Source: Vicinamibacterales bacterium
GTDB taxonomy: Bacteria; Acidobacteriota; Vicinamibacteria; Vicinamibacterales; 2-12-FULL-66-21
DNA length: 64,000 bases
Direction of reading: 5' to 3'
Assembly (NCBI GenBank): GCA_048594885.1
Contig: JBMDXB010000082.1
Span: 18,237-82,236, forward strand
The stretch's first letter is position 1; each line of letters begins with the position of its first letter. Shown here one piece after another: positions 1-9,640 of this stretch. The notes beneath the pieces were generated by a model. The model made no database searches. It had not been told where the DNA came from and saw only the letters and a program-made list of their open reading frames with translations. The position numbers were made by a program, and so were the translations under genes.

Positions 1-1649
1 CGCCCACCACCGCGCCGATCGACATCATGGCCCAGCCGCCCGTCGTCGTCGCCGGCGGCGAGGTGATGCTGCGCGGCTCCAGCCTGACGCTGAAGGATCT
101 GACGACGGTGCGGATCGAGATTCAGCCGCCGAAAGGCGCAGTGGAGAAGCTCGAAGCCCGTCTCGACAAGAACGATTCGTACTCGGTGAAGTATCGGCCG
201 CGCGCGGTGGGAAAGCATGTTGTCACCGCGTTCTCGCCGGGCGGCAAGAGCCAGGCGAAGGCCACGTTCGACGCGGTGACGGCGGGCGGAGCGTCGGACC
301 GGAGCACGAAGGCGTTGAGCGCGATGGCCACGGCCACGCGCGGCCTGGCCGATGCGGTCTGCAAAGCGGCGAAGAGCCTGCCGCCCTCGCCGCCGCAGCA
401 GAAGCTGGCCACGGACGGCTGCGCGCTCGTCACCGAGCTGGAGACGGTGCCCGCCGCGATCGAGTCGTTTCGCAAGGCGCTGACCGAGGTGGACAAGACC
501 GTCGAGGCGCATCCCGAAACGCTGATCGAGCTCGGCGTGGCCTACGTCGATCTCGCCGAGATCGAGGTCACGGCCAAAACAGCCGAAACCGATCTCAAGG
601 AGCGCACCCAGAAGCTGAACGCGGGCATCACGACCTGCGATTCACTGGATCTGCTCGTCGACGCGTACGAGTTCATCGGGCTGGTGTGGAACATCCCGAC
701 GCAGGGGCTGAAGCGGATCAACGATCTGATTGCGGACCGGCTATTGCCCGAGCGCGTCACCGGCCAGTTCCCGCAGCTCGCCTCGACCCCGATCTGGAAG
801 CGTTTCGTGGACATGGGCATCCCCACGCTGATGACGGCGGCGCGCGGCGTCATGACCAAGTGGCAGTACGTCACGGACCGCGCGACCAACATCGCCGCCG
901 GCGCGGCCGACGTGGCCATGCGCGCCTTCTGCGAGAAGTTCGTGGGGCCGATCGAGGGGCGCCTCGACCTCGAGTACTTCGAGGGGAACAGCCGGTGGCT
1001 CGCCTACACGATCGTCCTCGACGGGTTCGTAACGCTGCGGTACGAGAAAGGGAAAGCCCTCGCCGGAGGAACGCCGGTCACCGGAGAGTTCGAGGGGGTC
1101 GCGCGTTTTCCGACCCTGCGCGAAGATCTGCGCGCGATTCAACCCGCCGTGGCGCCGCACGTTTTCGCGCGCAAGGCCTGGACGCCTGCGCTCGGGTCGC
1201 TGCCCTTCGCCCAGCCGGAACTCGGCAAGTTCGGGCGCGCCGCGGCGGGCGCGCTCAGGGCGGCGCCGGGATATTTCTTCGTTCCTGTGGAAGGATTGCT
1301 CCGGGACAAGACGCTGATGCTGAAGTTCAAGCCGGCGAACGTCGACTATCCGAAGCGCGCGCTCGGCAAGATCGGCTACGTCCTGTGGAGCCCGCAGATG
1401 CTGTTCCCGCAGGTGTTCAAGTTCGACGTGGAGTTCCAGGGGGCTCACTACATCCTGTCGCGCGCCGTCCAGAAGAAGCGCGGCGCGAGCGCCGAGCCCT
1501 TCCCCCTCACCGTTGTGGTGGACGAGGCGAGGAAGATCTCACTCATCGAGCAGAAGTTCACGCGCACGGAGGAGGACCCGGGAAGCTTCAGGCTGCGCTG
1601 GAACCTGCAGGTCAAAGCGTGCAATCCCTCATGCCCGCCGGGATCGTGA
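1..1649 (+). CDS. Hypothetical protein, probably 5'-truncated; Ig/filamin-like N-terminal part, helical middle, beta-rich C-terminus
   Basis: 540-aa ORF from ATG 27; the frame is open back to the window edge (PTTAPIDIM). No family motif recognised. Confidence 0.6.
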   Translation, partial: PTTAPIDIMAQPPVVVAGGEVMLRGSSLTLKDLTTVRIEIQPPKGAVEKLEARLDKNDSYSVKYRPRAVGKHVVTAFSPGGKSQAKATFDAVTAGGASDRSTKALSAMATATRGLADAVCKAAKSLPPSPPQQKLATDGCALVTELETVPAAIESFRKALTEVDKTVEAHPETLIELGVAYVDLAEIEVTAKTAETDLKERTQKLNAGITTCDSLDLLVDAYEFIGLVWNIPTQGLKRINDLIADRLLPERVTGQFPQLASTPIWKRFVDMGIPTLMTAARGVMTKWQYVTDRATNIAAGAADVAMRAFCEKFVGPIEGRLDLEYFEGNSRWLAYTIVLDGFVTLRYEKGKALAGGTPVTGEFEGVARFPTLREDLRAIQPAVAPHVFARKAWTPALGSLPFAQPELGKFGRAAAGALRAAPGYFFVPVEGLLRDKTLMLKFKPANVDYPKRALGKIGYVLWSPQMLFPQVFKFDVEFQGAHYILSRAVQKKRGASAEPFPLTVVVDEARKISLIEQKFTRTEEDPGSFRLRWNLQVKACNPSCPPGS

Positions 1650-1663
1650 TTTCAGTCCGATGA

Positions 1664-4609
1664 CTACGTACCGGTGAGCGCGTCGATGCGCCGGCGGGCG
1701 TCAGCAAGCAGCGGATCGCTCGTGCTGGCGTTTCTGATTTGTATGTAGCGCTCGAACATCTCTCGCGCCGCCGCCCGGCGATTGCCACCCTCGTGCGCTC
1801 GGCCGAGCCAGTAGTAGATCTCGGGCAGATAGCGCAGCGTCGGCGTGTTCGAGAACATCAGATCGGTCGCAAGTCCCTTGCGGGTCAGGCACCATTCGAG
1901 CTCGTCGCTCGCCTGCGCGACGTGCGCGGGGGATCCCGCGAACGCACGCGCGAGCAGGTAGCGGCCGATCCACGAATTGTGCAGCTTGCGCGCTTCGCGG
2001 ATGGCCGTCACGGCTTCCTCGCGTCGGCCGGCCAGCAGCGCCGCCTCTCCCTCGATCAGCAGCGCATATGCGGTTGTCTGGCTCTGCAGCATGGAACGCA
2101 GCGTACCCGCGACGCGCAGCGCATCTGCCTCGCGTCGCGACGCGAGCAGCACGCGCGCGGCGGGATACAGCACGCTCTCGTGCTTCGCCGCGAGCGCCTG
2201 TCTCGCGAGCGCACCCGCCTGATCGGTGCGGCCGAGCGCGAGCTGCGACTCCGCCGCGGCGATCTGTTTCTGGTGCAGGTCCCACGGATCCTCGATTGGC
2301 TTTGGCCCAACGTACGGCTGAAGGATGTCGAGCGCGGCTGAGTAGTTCCCCCGGTACATCGCGAGGTCGGCGCGACCGATCGCGGCGATGGACCTGCCGA
2401 GCGGATTCAGCTTTTCGACGGCGGCGTAGGCGGCCTCCGTCTCGTCCATCCGGCCTGCCATCGCCAGCGACGGCGCGAGCGGGATATACGCGAACGCGTA
2501 CTTCGAATTCTCGCCGAGGATCTTCCGAGCCTCGCTCACCGCCACGTCGAATTTCCCGCCGTACATCGCGTACATCGAGTAGTTCACCCGCTGCAGCAGG
2601 TTCTTCGGGCTGATCTCTATCGCTTGGCGGCCGTTCTCGACGGCCTTGTCGACGTTCCCGGCATAGAGGTGGGCGAGCGCGAGGTTCGCCATGCCCGCGC
2701 CGTCCGCAGGGTACTTCCCGGCCAGCAGCTCGAAGTTCTCGATCGCCTTTTCGTAGTCGCGCGCGATGTGCAGATAGTAGGCGCCGAGCGTCCGGTAGCG
2801 CTCGCGCTCCGTCATGTGATCGAGCAGTTCCATCGCGCGCTTGTAGTACTTCGTCGCGTTGTCGATCTGCCCGAGGTTGCCGTAGATGACGCCCATGCCC
2901 GAATAAGCGCGGCCGAAGCGCGGATCGTGCTGGACCGCTCGCGAGAACGCCTTCAGCGCGTCCTCGTTCCTGCCCTCCTGGAGCGCTCGCTGGCCCTCGT
3001 CGTACTCGTGCATGGCCTCGAGCGATCCCACTGTCAGGGTTTCGCTCGAGGCGTCGAGCGAGGCCGCCGTGTCGCCGAGCCTTCGCCGGAGCTGCTCCGC
3101 GAGGTTGGCCACCGCGGGAAGCACGCGCGCCTTGTCGGCGACCGTTTCGGACACCCGCGCGATCTCCCTGGCGCCGCCCGGATCCTCGACGACGACTTCG
3201 AGGCGGTAGCCGCCGTCCGCGCGCGAGATACTGCCGGCGACGAGCACCTCAACGCCCTCGCGCCGCGCCACGAGACGTCCGGTCGTGACGTCGATGCCCC
3301 TCGCGTCCTTGACAATCTGCGCCGCCACACGCGCGGCATCACGCCGCGGGAAGATGTTGACGAACGACGCGCCCTCCAGGGCGATCCCGAGCGCCTGCTC
3401 GAGCGCACCGTCGAACACGGTTTCGTTTGCCTGATTGTCGAAGTCGGTGATGAGCACCGAGACGGGTTCGCGCGGCGCCGGCGCGGGCGCGCCGCCGCGG
3501 CTCGACGACCACCACCAGCCGCCAGCCACACCGAGCGCGAGCAGGACGACGATCGACGCCGCCGTTGCCGCGAGCCGCCAGCGTGCCGGCCGCACCGGAG
3601 CAATGGCGCGTCCCTCGCCATCGAGCGCACCGAGTGCCGCGGCAAGCTCCGCGGCGGTCTGATACCGCCGCTCGGCGTCCGGGTCGACGCACTTCGCGAC
3701 GATTGCTTCGAGCGCCGCGGGCACGTGCGGCACGCGCGTCCGCAGCGTCGGCGGCGGCTGCGTCATGCGCGACATGAGTTCCGCGACCGCGCTCTCGCTC
3801 GTCAGCTGCCGCTGCCGGCCCGCCAGCATGTCGTACAGCATCAGGCCGAACGAGTAGATGTCGGAGCGCTGATCGGCAGCGATCCCGCGCCCCTGCTCCG
3901 GCGACATGTATTCGAGCGTCCCCACCACGGCCCGCATGACCGTTCCGGCGCCGGTGCCGGTGACCGACCGCGAGATGCCGAAGTCCATGATCAGCGCCTG
4001 ATCGTCGGCGTCGATCATGATGTTCTCCGGCTTGAGGTCTCGATGGACAACGCCCGCGTCGTGCGCCGCCTGCAGCCCGGCGACGATCTGCTTCGCGAAG
4101 CGCAGCGCGCGCGGCACCGGCAGCGTGCCGCTCTCGCGCAGGATCGACGCGAGATCGCGGCCGTCGACAAACGGCATCGTCAGGTACTTGATGCCGTTCA
4201 CTTCGCTGATGTCGTGGATGCGGACGACGTTCTTGTGCGTGACCTGGCGGGCGAGCAGCAGCTCGCGCTTGAAGCGGCGCTCGACGTCGTGCGCGCTCGC
4301 GGGATCCGTCATCGCCTCGGGCCGAATGACTTTCAGCGCGACGGCGACGCCGAGCTCGTCGTCCCACGCCTGGTAGACGACGCCCATGCCGCCGGCGCCG
4401 AGCACACGCAGGATGCGGTAGCGATCGCCGAGCGGGTCACCCGGCTGGAGCGCGGTCGCCACGCGCGGCGGCGCGGCGCCCGATCCGGCCGTGAACGCAG
4501 CTATGGTTGCTGCCGCGTCACCTGATGACGCGGGCACAATCGACGCCTTGCAGGAGGAACAGCGGCCGGCGACAGCAGCGGTGTCGGCGCCGCAGTGGGG
4601 GCAGAGCAT
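1664..4609 (-). CDS. Membrane-anchored Hanks-type Ser/Thr protein kinase with N-terminal zinc ribbon and C-terminal TPRs
   Basis: LGAGGMGVVY, VALKVI, HRDLKPEN, DFG and GTLEYMSPEQ motifs; CPHC..CSSC ribbon; TM helix, then TPR-like helices. Start placed at ATG 4609. Confidence 0.92.
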   Translation of the reverse strand: MLCPHCGADTAAVAGRCSSCKASIVPASSGDAAATIAAFTAGSGAAPPRVATALQPGDPLGDRYRILRVLGAGGMGVVYQAWDDELGVAVALKVIRPEAMTDPASAHDVERRFKRELLLARQVTHKNVVRIHDISEVNGIKYLTMPFVDGRDLASILRESGTLPVPRALRFAKQIVAGLQAAHDAGVVHRDLKPENIMIDADDQALIMDFGISRSVTGTGAGTVMRAVVGTLEYMSPEQGRGIAADQRSDIYSFGLMLYDMLAGRQRQLTSESAVAELMSRMTQPPPTLRTRVPHVPAALEAIVAKCVDPDAERRYQTAAELAAALGALDGEGRAIAPVRPARWRLAATAASIVVLLALGVAGGWWWSSSRGGAPAPAPREPVSVLITDFDNQANETVFDGALEQALGIALEGASFVNIFPRRDAARVAAQIVKDARGIDVTTGRLVARREGVEVLVAGSISRADGGYRLEVVVEDPGGAREIARVSETVADKARVLPAVANLAEQLRRRLGDTAASLDASSETLTVGSLEAMHEYDEGQRALQEGRNEDALKAFSRAVQHDPRFGRAYSGMGVIYGNLGQIDNATKYYKRAMELLDHMTERERYRTLGAYYLHIARDYEKAIENFELLAGKYPADGAGMANLALAHLYAGNVDKAVENGRQAIEISPKNLLQRVNYSMYAMYGGKFDVAVSEARKILGENSKYAFAYIPLAPSLAMAGRMDETEAAYAAVEKLNPLGRSIAAIGRADLAMYRGNYSAALDILQPYVGPKPIEDPWDLHQKQIAAAESQLALGRTDQAGALARQALAAKHESVLYPAARVLLASRREADALRVAGTLRSMLQSQTTAYALLIEGEAALLAGRREEAVTAIREARKLHNSWIGRYLLARAFAGSPAHVAQASDELEWCLTRKGLATDLMFSNTPTLRYLPEIYYWLGRAHEGGNRRAAAREMFERYIQIRNASTSDPLLADARRRIDALTGT

Positions 4610-4733
4610 GGTTCGGTTGGCGGCAGCCCGCCACGCCGGGTCTCCGGCGGCCATTATGCCCTGAACCGCGCGTGCGTGTTAGAATTTCCGGTCCAGCCTG
4701 ACGGGCGGTCAGCCCGCCGCGCCCGGAGGTGCC

Positions 4734-6437
4734 ATGGCCGCCCGCCTCACTGCCTACGTTGTCGTTGCCATTGTCTCGATCACGATCGTCGCCGGCTTCA
4801 TCGTCGGCGCGCAGCGCGATGACGATGGACCGGTGGACCTGATCGTCCACAACGCGCGGATTTACACGGCTGACGAGGATGGCGCGATGGCCGAAGCCGT
4901 CGCCATTCGCGGCAACCAGATTCTCCGCGTCGGCAGCAACCGCGAGATCAACCGCCTGCGCCGGCCGCAGACGATCGTCATCGACGCCCAGGGCGCCGCC
5001 GTCGTCCCCGGCTTCAACGACGCGCACGTGCACCTGATCGACGGCGGGCTCGAGCTGCAGGCGCTCGATCTTCAGGACGCCGTGACGGTGGAGGATATTC
5101 AGGCGCGGCTCAAGTCGTGGGCCGAGGCGCATCCGGCGCATGGCTGGATCCGCGCGCGCCGCTGGGCCGATGCGAGCCTCGACGTCGCGCCGACACGGCA
5201 GCTTCTCGACGCCGCGGTTCCGGATCGGCCGGTGCTGATCGTCTCCGACGATCGGCGCACGTCGTGGGTGAACACGAAGGCGCTGAGCGCCGCCGGCATC
5301 ACGCGGCGCACCCCCGCCCCCGACGATGGAAGCATCGTCAAGGACAAGCGCGGCGAGCCGACCGGTGTGCTGAAGGACGCCGCCGGCGATCTGGTGACGC
5401 GCGTGCTGCCGCCGCCCACGCGCGAGATGCGGGCGCAGGCGTTGCGCGCCGCGGTGGAAGCCGCGGTGCGGCAGGGCGTGACGAGCGTGCAGACGGCTGC
5501 GGACACGGCTGACGATCTGGAGCTGTACGACGAAGCACGACGCGCCGGCGACCTGAACATCCGCGTCTACGGCTCGCTCGCGGTCGGCGCCGCGCGCCTC
5601 GCCGACACCGACATCGATCGGCTCAGCAGCTTCACGACGAAGTATCCGGACGATCCCAAGTTCAAGACCGGTGCGGTCACGCTGGCGGTCGACGGTCCGA
5701 TCGAGTCGCACGCGGCCGCGACGCTCGAGCCTTACGCCGACGACGGCGAAACGACGGAACCGCTGGTCGATCCCGACACGCTGAATCGCACCGTCCGCAT
5801 CCTCGATTCCTATGGCTGGCAGGTGAAGTCGGAGGCGCGGGGCGATCGCGCCGTCCGGATGGCATTCAACGCCTACGCGCATGCGGTGCGATCGAACCGC
5901 GCGCCCGCGCGGGAGCGCCGCCATCGCATCGAGCACGCCGAGCTGGTCGCGGATGACGATCTGCCGCGGTTCTCGGCGTTGAACGTGATCGCCTCGATGC
6001 AGCCGGACAACGCACTCTCGGAGGTTCGAGCGAAGTATCTCGGCCAGGAGCGCACGACACGGATCGCTCCGGCCCACGCCGTCGTCCGGGCGAAGGGCCG
6101 TGTGGCGTTCGGCAGCGACTGGCCGGAGCAGCCGCTGGATCCGCTCGACGTGCTGCAGGCTGTCGTCGAACCGCCGGCGCAGGATCGCCCAGCGGAGACG
6201 CCCGCCGCGGGACGCCTGCGGCTCAAGGCGGCGATTGATGCTTACACGTCCGGCGCCGCTTACGCCTCGTTCGACGAACAGCGGAAAGGGTCGATCACGC
6301 CCGGCATGCTCGCCGACATCGTCGTCCTCACTGAAGACATCTTCGATCCCGATGTCACGCTGGCGAAGGCGAAGGTGGCGGTGACGATCTTCGACGGCAA
6401 GATCGTCTACCGGCGAGGTCAGCGGACGACGAACTGA
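4734..6437 (+). CDS. Amidohydrolase family 3 (YtcJ-like)
   Basis: PGFNDAHVH, RHRIEHAE, FGSDWP and GSITPGMLADIVVL motifs; N-terminal signal/anchor. Confidence 0.88.
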   Translation: MAARLTAYVVVAIVSITIVAGFIVGAQRDDDGPVDLIVHNARIYTADEDGAMAEAVAIRGNQILRVGSNREINRLRRPQTIVIDAQGAAVVPGFNDAHVHLIDGGLELQALDLQDAVTVEDIQARLKSWAEAHPAHGWIRARRWADASLDVAPTRQLLDAAVPDRPVLIVSDDRRTSWVNTKALSAAGITRRTPAPDDGSIVKDKRGEPTGVLKDAAGDLVTRVLPPPTREMRAQALRAAVEAAVRQGVTSVQTAADTADDLELYDEARRAGDLNIRVYGSLAVGAARLADTDIDRLSSFTTKYPDDPKFKTGAVTLAVDGPIESHAAATLEPYADDGETTEPLVDPDTLNRTVRILDSYGWQVKSEARGDRAVRMAFNAYAHAVRSNRAPARERRHRIEHAELVADDDLPRFSALNVIASMQPDNALSEVRAKYLGQERTTRIAPAHAVVRAKGRVAFGSDWPEQPLDPLDVLQAVVEPPAQDRPAETPAAGRLRLKAAIDAYTSGAAYASFDEQRKGSITPGMLADIVVLTEDIFDPDVTLAKAKVAVTIFDGKIVYRRGQRTTN

Positions 6438-7088
6438 TTACCTGCGCGAAGAGGCCCGGGCAAGCCCGGGCCCTACTGAGCCAGAATCTTCCGTAGGGGC
6501 CGGGCTTGCCCGGCCCGCGGCTGAATCCGGATCGTTGTTCGTAGGGGCCGGGCTTGCCCGGCCCGCGGCTGAATCCGGATCGTCGTTCGTAGGGGCCGGG
6601 CTTGCCCGGCCCGCCGCTGTAGGCGCCGGGCTTGCCCGGCCTGCAGCCGTCATCTTCTCAACCAACGCCGCGGCTTCCGCCATCGGATTCTCCTGGATGT
6701 ACTTCCGAATCCGCTCCAGCTCGGCGTCACTTCGAATGACCCGATCGTAATAACTACGCTGCCAGAGCCGCGAGGCGACGAGCCCTTCGCGCCGCGCGAG
6801 AATCGTCGTTCGTGATTTGCACGCCCGCATGACGTCAGGCAGCGACACGGCGACGCCGTCGAAGAGGAAGATCGCGTGCACGTGATCCGTCATGATCACG
6901 TGGTAATCCACTGTTACCGTGAGGAACCGTTGTTCGACTGCACACAGTTCCCGTTCGGCAAGAGCGGCGAGCGAGCCCTGCAGGATGGGACGGCGGTCGT
7001 GTGTGCAGACGGTGATGAAATACGCGCCTGGGGACTTATAGTCAAAGGTGGCGAGGCGAATGCGCCGCATGTTCCGATGACGTCGCAA
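6438..7088 (-). mobile_element. REP-associated tyrosine transposase (RAYT/TnpA-REP, HUH Y1)
   Basis: YFITVCT, MTDHVHAI (HUH), LWQRSYYDRVIR and YIQENP motifs; flanked by GTAG REPs. The start could be ATG 7070. Confidence 0.9.
6453..6642. repeat. GTAG-REP family 1 cluster, consensus GTAGGGGCCGGGCTTGCCCGGCCC (5 copies)
   Basis: Inverted copy at 6453-6476; direct copies at 6493, 6541, 6589 (48-bp period) and 6619. Confidence 0.92.
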
Positions 7089-7216
7089 GGCGGATACCGC
7101 AGGCCGTCACATGGATTCCTGGCCCATTTTCTCGTCAGCCATGCACGTGCATTGCAGCAGCGGCGTCAACCGCAGGTTTCAGCCATTGCAGCATCTGCGA
7201 TCGCGGCAAGCCCGCA

Positions 7217-7240
7217 GGCCCGGGCAAGCCCGGGCCCTAC
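7217..7240 (-). repeat. GTAG-REP family 1 copy upstream of the RAYT; its TAG is the stop codon of the peptidase gene
   Basis: ggcccgggcaagcccgggccctac, identical to 6453-6476. Confidence 0.9.
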
Positions 7241-8586
7241 TTCAGTACCAGTTCGACTCTGTACTTCCCGCCCTCCGCGGGTTTGAGGAGCGCAATGCGG
7301 GACGGCTGCCCCGGCGCGATCGTCACGTCCAGCCTGCGCCGCCAATCCGGCAGATCCACCATTCCTCCTTCGCGGTAACCCGTATCGGGCACGGCGAACA
7401 CGCCTGACGCATCGATCTCGCGCAGCGCGCCGGAGGTGCGTAGATCGCCGAGGTCGTCCACCGAGGTGGCTATCACGATTTCACGGCGGCCGTCCACTGT
7501 CCGCACGCGGCGGTTGGCGACAATGCCGATGTCGGCGGTGAAGGGCGGCGCGCCAGCGCCGTTGATGAGCGTCGCGTTGCGGATCGCGATGTAGAACATC
7601 TGCGATTCGTTCACCGGCAGCGACTCGTAGCGTTTGGCATTCGCGCGCGTGACGCGGCCGGTCGCCAGGGCATCGAGCGCCGAGACGATCGCGACGAAGT
7701 TCAGGCGCACCAGATGCGGGTCGGGCGTCTCGGACGGCCATGGACCAGTCTCGATCAGCACCACAGGCGTGCCCCACAGCGTCAGGTTGTCGCCAAACGC
7801 CCGCACCTCGAACTCGTCGTCGTACCGGCCGATCTGCCCGGAGGCGAACGGCTCGAGCGAGTCGCGGATGACGGCGCACAGCTTCTTCGTCAATTTGCGT
7901 CCGGCGTTCTCCGTCCGCTTCTCGTCGTACGCCACCGACAGCAGCGAGATCGAGGCGGGCTTCGGCGGGTCGCCGACCGACGTGCGCCAGCTCTGGTTGT
8001 GGAGGTTGAATCCGATCTGCGGCTTCACACGGTCGCGGAGTGCTTTGAGGATCTGCCCTTCGCGGGTCTGCAGCCTGAGCGCGTCGCGGTTGATGTCGAT
8101 GTTCTGCGTGTTCCGGCGCTGAAAGCGCTCGGCGCCGTCCGGATTCAGCATCGGAACGAAATGCAGGGTGAGAGCCGAGAGAATGCCGCGGACGGCCGGC
8201 TCGTCCCGATGGCGGCGGAAGTACTCGAACACGTCGAACAGTGCCGACGTGGCCGTCGGTTCATCGCCGTGCATCTGGGACCACAACAAGATGTGCGTCG
8301 GGCCGGCGCCAGCCTGCACATGATTGACCGAGCGGCCTTCCAGCGACTCGCCGATCGTTTCGAGCGTAAAGAGGTCCGGCGAGGCCGAGGCGACCGCCGC
8401 GAGCCGGCGCACGACCTCCGCGTGGTCCACGAGCGGCGGCAACGGCGGCGAGACGTGCTCAGCGTCCCAGATTCTCGCGAGCTCCTGAGGTGTGACGGTG
8501 GGGGATCGTTGAGCGGCGGCAGAAAACACGAGCGCGGTGCACAGAGCTGCCGCAAGCGTTGCCGTCCGGACGAAAGGCTGTGGCAT
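7237..8586 (-). CDS. Secreted M14 zinc carboxypeptidase family protein
   Basis: WSQMHGDE, PMLNPDG, DINRD and NLHNQ motifs; signal peptide ending AAA-Q. Start at 8586 or 8595. Confidence 0.88.
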   Translation of the reverse strand: MPQPFVRTATLAAALCTALVFSAAAQRSPTVTPQELARIWDAEHVSPPLPPLVDHAEVVRRLAAVASASPDLFTLETIGESLEGRSVNHVQAGAGPTHILLWSQMHGDEPTATSALFDVFEYFRRHRDEPAVRGILSALTLHFVPMLNPDGAERFQRRNTQNIDINRDALRLQTREGQILKALRDRVKPQIGFNLHNQSWRTSVGDPPKPASISLLSVAYDEKRTENAGRKLTKKLCAVIRDSLEPFASGQIGRYDDEFEVRAFGDNLTLWGTPVVLIETGPWPSETPDPHLVRLNFVAIVSALDALATGRVTRANAKRYESLPVNESQMFYIAIRNATLINGAGAPPFTADIGIVANRRVRTVDGRREIVIATSVDDLGDLRTSGALREIDASGVFAVPDTGYREGGMVDLPDWRRRLDVTIAPGQPSRIALLKPAEGGKYRVELVLK

Positions 8587-8637
8587 GGCCGACATTATCG
8601 CTCCATCGAACATCTCGCGCCGGCTCCGCCGGCGTCA

Positions 8638-8789
8638 GGAAACGTCGAGGGAGCAGAGATCGCCGAGGGCGCCGAGAGATCCGGCCAACTTGGAGACTGC
8701 AGCCCGTCGGGCCGCGCTTCGCGCGGTGTGGATCGAGACAGCTTGATCCCTCGGCGTCCTTCGCGTCCTCGGCCGCCTCGGCGTTTTCC
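8638..8789. repeat. Imperfect inverted element with ~9-bp tandem units (CGCCGAGGR-like) and a central hairpin
   Basis: Left arm 8638-8681 matches the reverse complement of right arm 8745-8789; central ccgcgc-ttc-gcgcgg. Confidence 0.65.
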
Positions 8790-8890
8790 CGCCGCGCCGT
8801 CGAGTCGTCGTGACGTCGTGTCAGTGGCCGTGCGGCCGGCGCTGAGCGTGTGGAAACACCCGCATCGGATTTGACGGACAATACCGCGCG

Positions 8891-9640
8891 ATGCCCCCAA
8901 TCGAGACGCCCACCTTCACTGCGCTCGACGTCGCCACGCAGGCGCTCGCCGGCGTCCTCTACCTCGCCGTCGGCATCGCGGCGTGGCTGAAGCTGCGGCA
9001 CGACATCCGGACGCGGCTGTTCCTCGGCGTCGCGCTGGCGAACGCCGGTGGGTTCGCGGTGCCGATTGTGGCATGGACGTCCGGCACGAAAGACATCCTC
9101 TCACTCGACCGCGTGCTGCTCGGCACGATGCTCGTATCTATCGTGCTCGGCTCGCTGCTGCTGTTTCACTTCTGCCAGGTGTTCCCGCGGCGCCGGCCCT
9201 GGATCCAGCGATTCCGGCGATGGCTCATTGCCGGCTACGCCGTCGCGCCGCTCGCAACCTTCGGACTCATCGCCGCGGCTCCGTCACAAGAAGACCTGCA
9301 GAACCTTGGCCTGTTTCTGCTGGCACTCGTCGCGATCGGACTTCCGCTGATCCTGCTCGCCGGCATCGTGTTGCCCATCGGCGGCATCATCTCGCTCGTC
9401 AAGAGCTATCGCGACTCGAAGGATCGCGAGACCGCGCGCGTGAGGACACCGCTGCTCTGGTTGCTGGTCAGCCAGATCGCCGGCGGCACGATCGCGTTGA
9501 TCTTCGCGCCTGTGCTCGCGGTGGTTGCGCCGACGCCGGACGTGCAGACGGGCCTGAAGATCGTCGTCGTGGCATTCGGCATCATGACGCCGGCGGCGTT
9601 CGTGCTGGCGGTGTGGAAGTACGGTCTTCCGGAGCCCTAG
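8891..9640 (+). CDS. Hypothetical integral membrane protein (~7 TM)
   Basis: 249-aa hydrophobic ORF with an FHFCQVFP segment resembling 7TM sensor modules. Confidence 0.7.
   Translation: MPPIETPTFTALDVATQALAGVLYLAVGIAAWLKLRHDIRTRLFLGVALANAGGFAVPIVAWTSGTKDILSLDRVLLGTMLVSIVLGSLLLFHFCQVFPRRRPWIQRFRRWLIAGYAVAPLATFGLIAAAPSQEDLQNLGLFLLALVAIGLPLILLAGIVLPIGGIISLVKSYRDSKDRETARVRTPLLWLLVSQIAGGTIALIFAPVLAVVAPTPDVQTGLKIVVVAFGIMTPAAFVLAVWKYGLPEP

Noticed and set aside
6493-6642. 24-bp repeats with 24-bp spacers resembling a CRISPR array
   Set aside because: Spacers are near-identical, repeats are GTAG hairpins beside a RAYT, and there are no cas genes.
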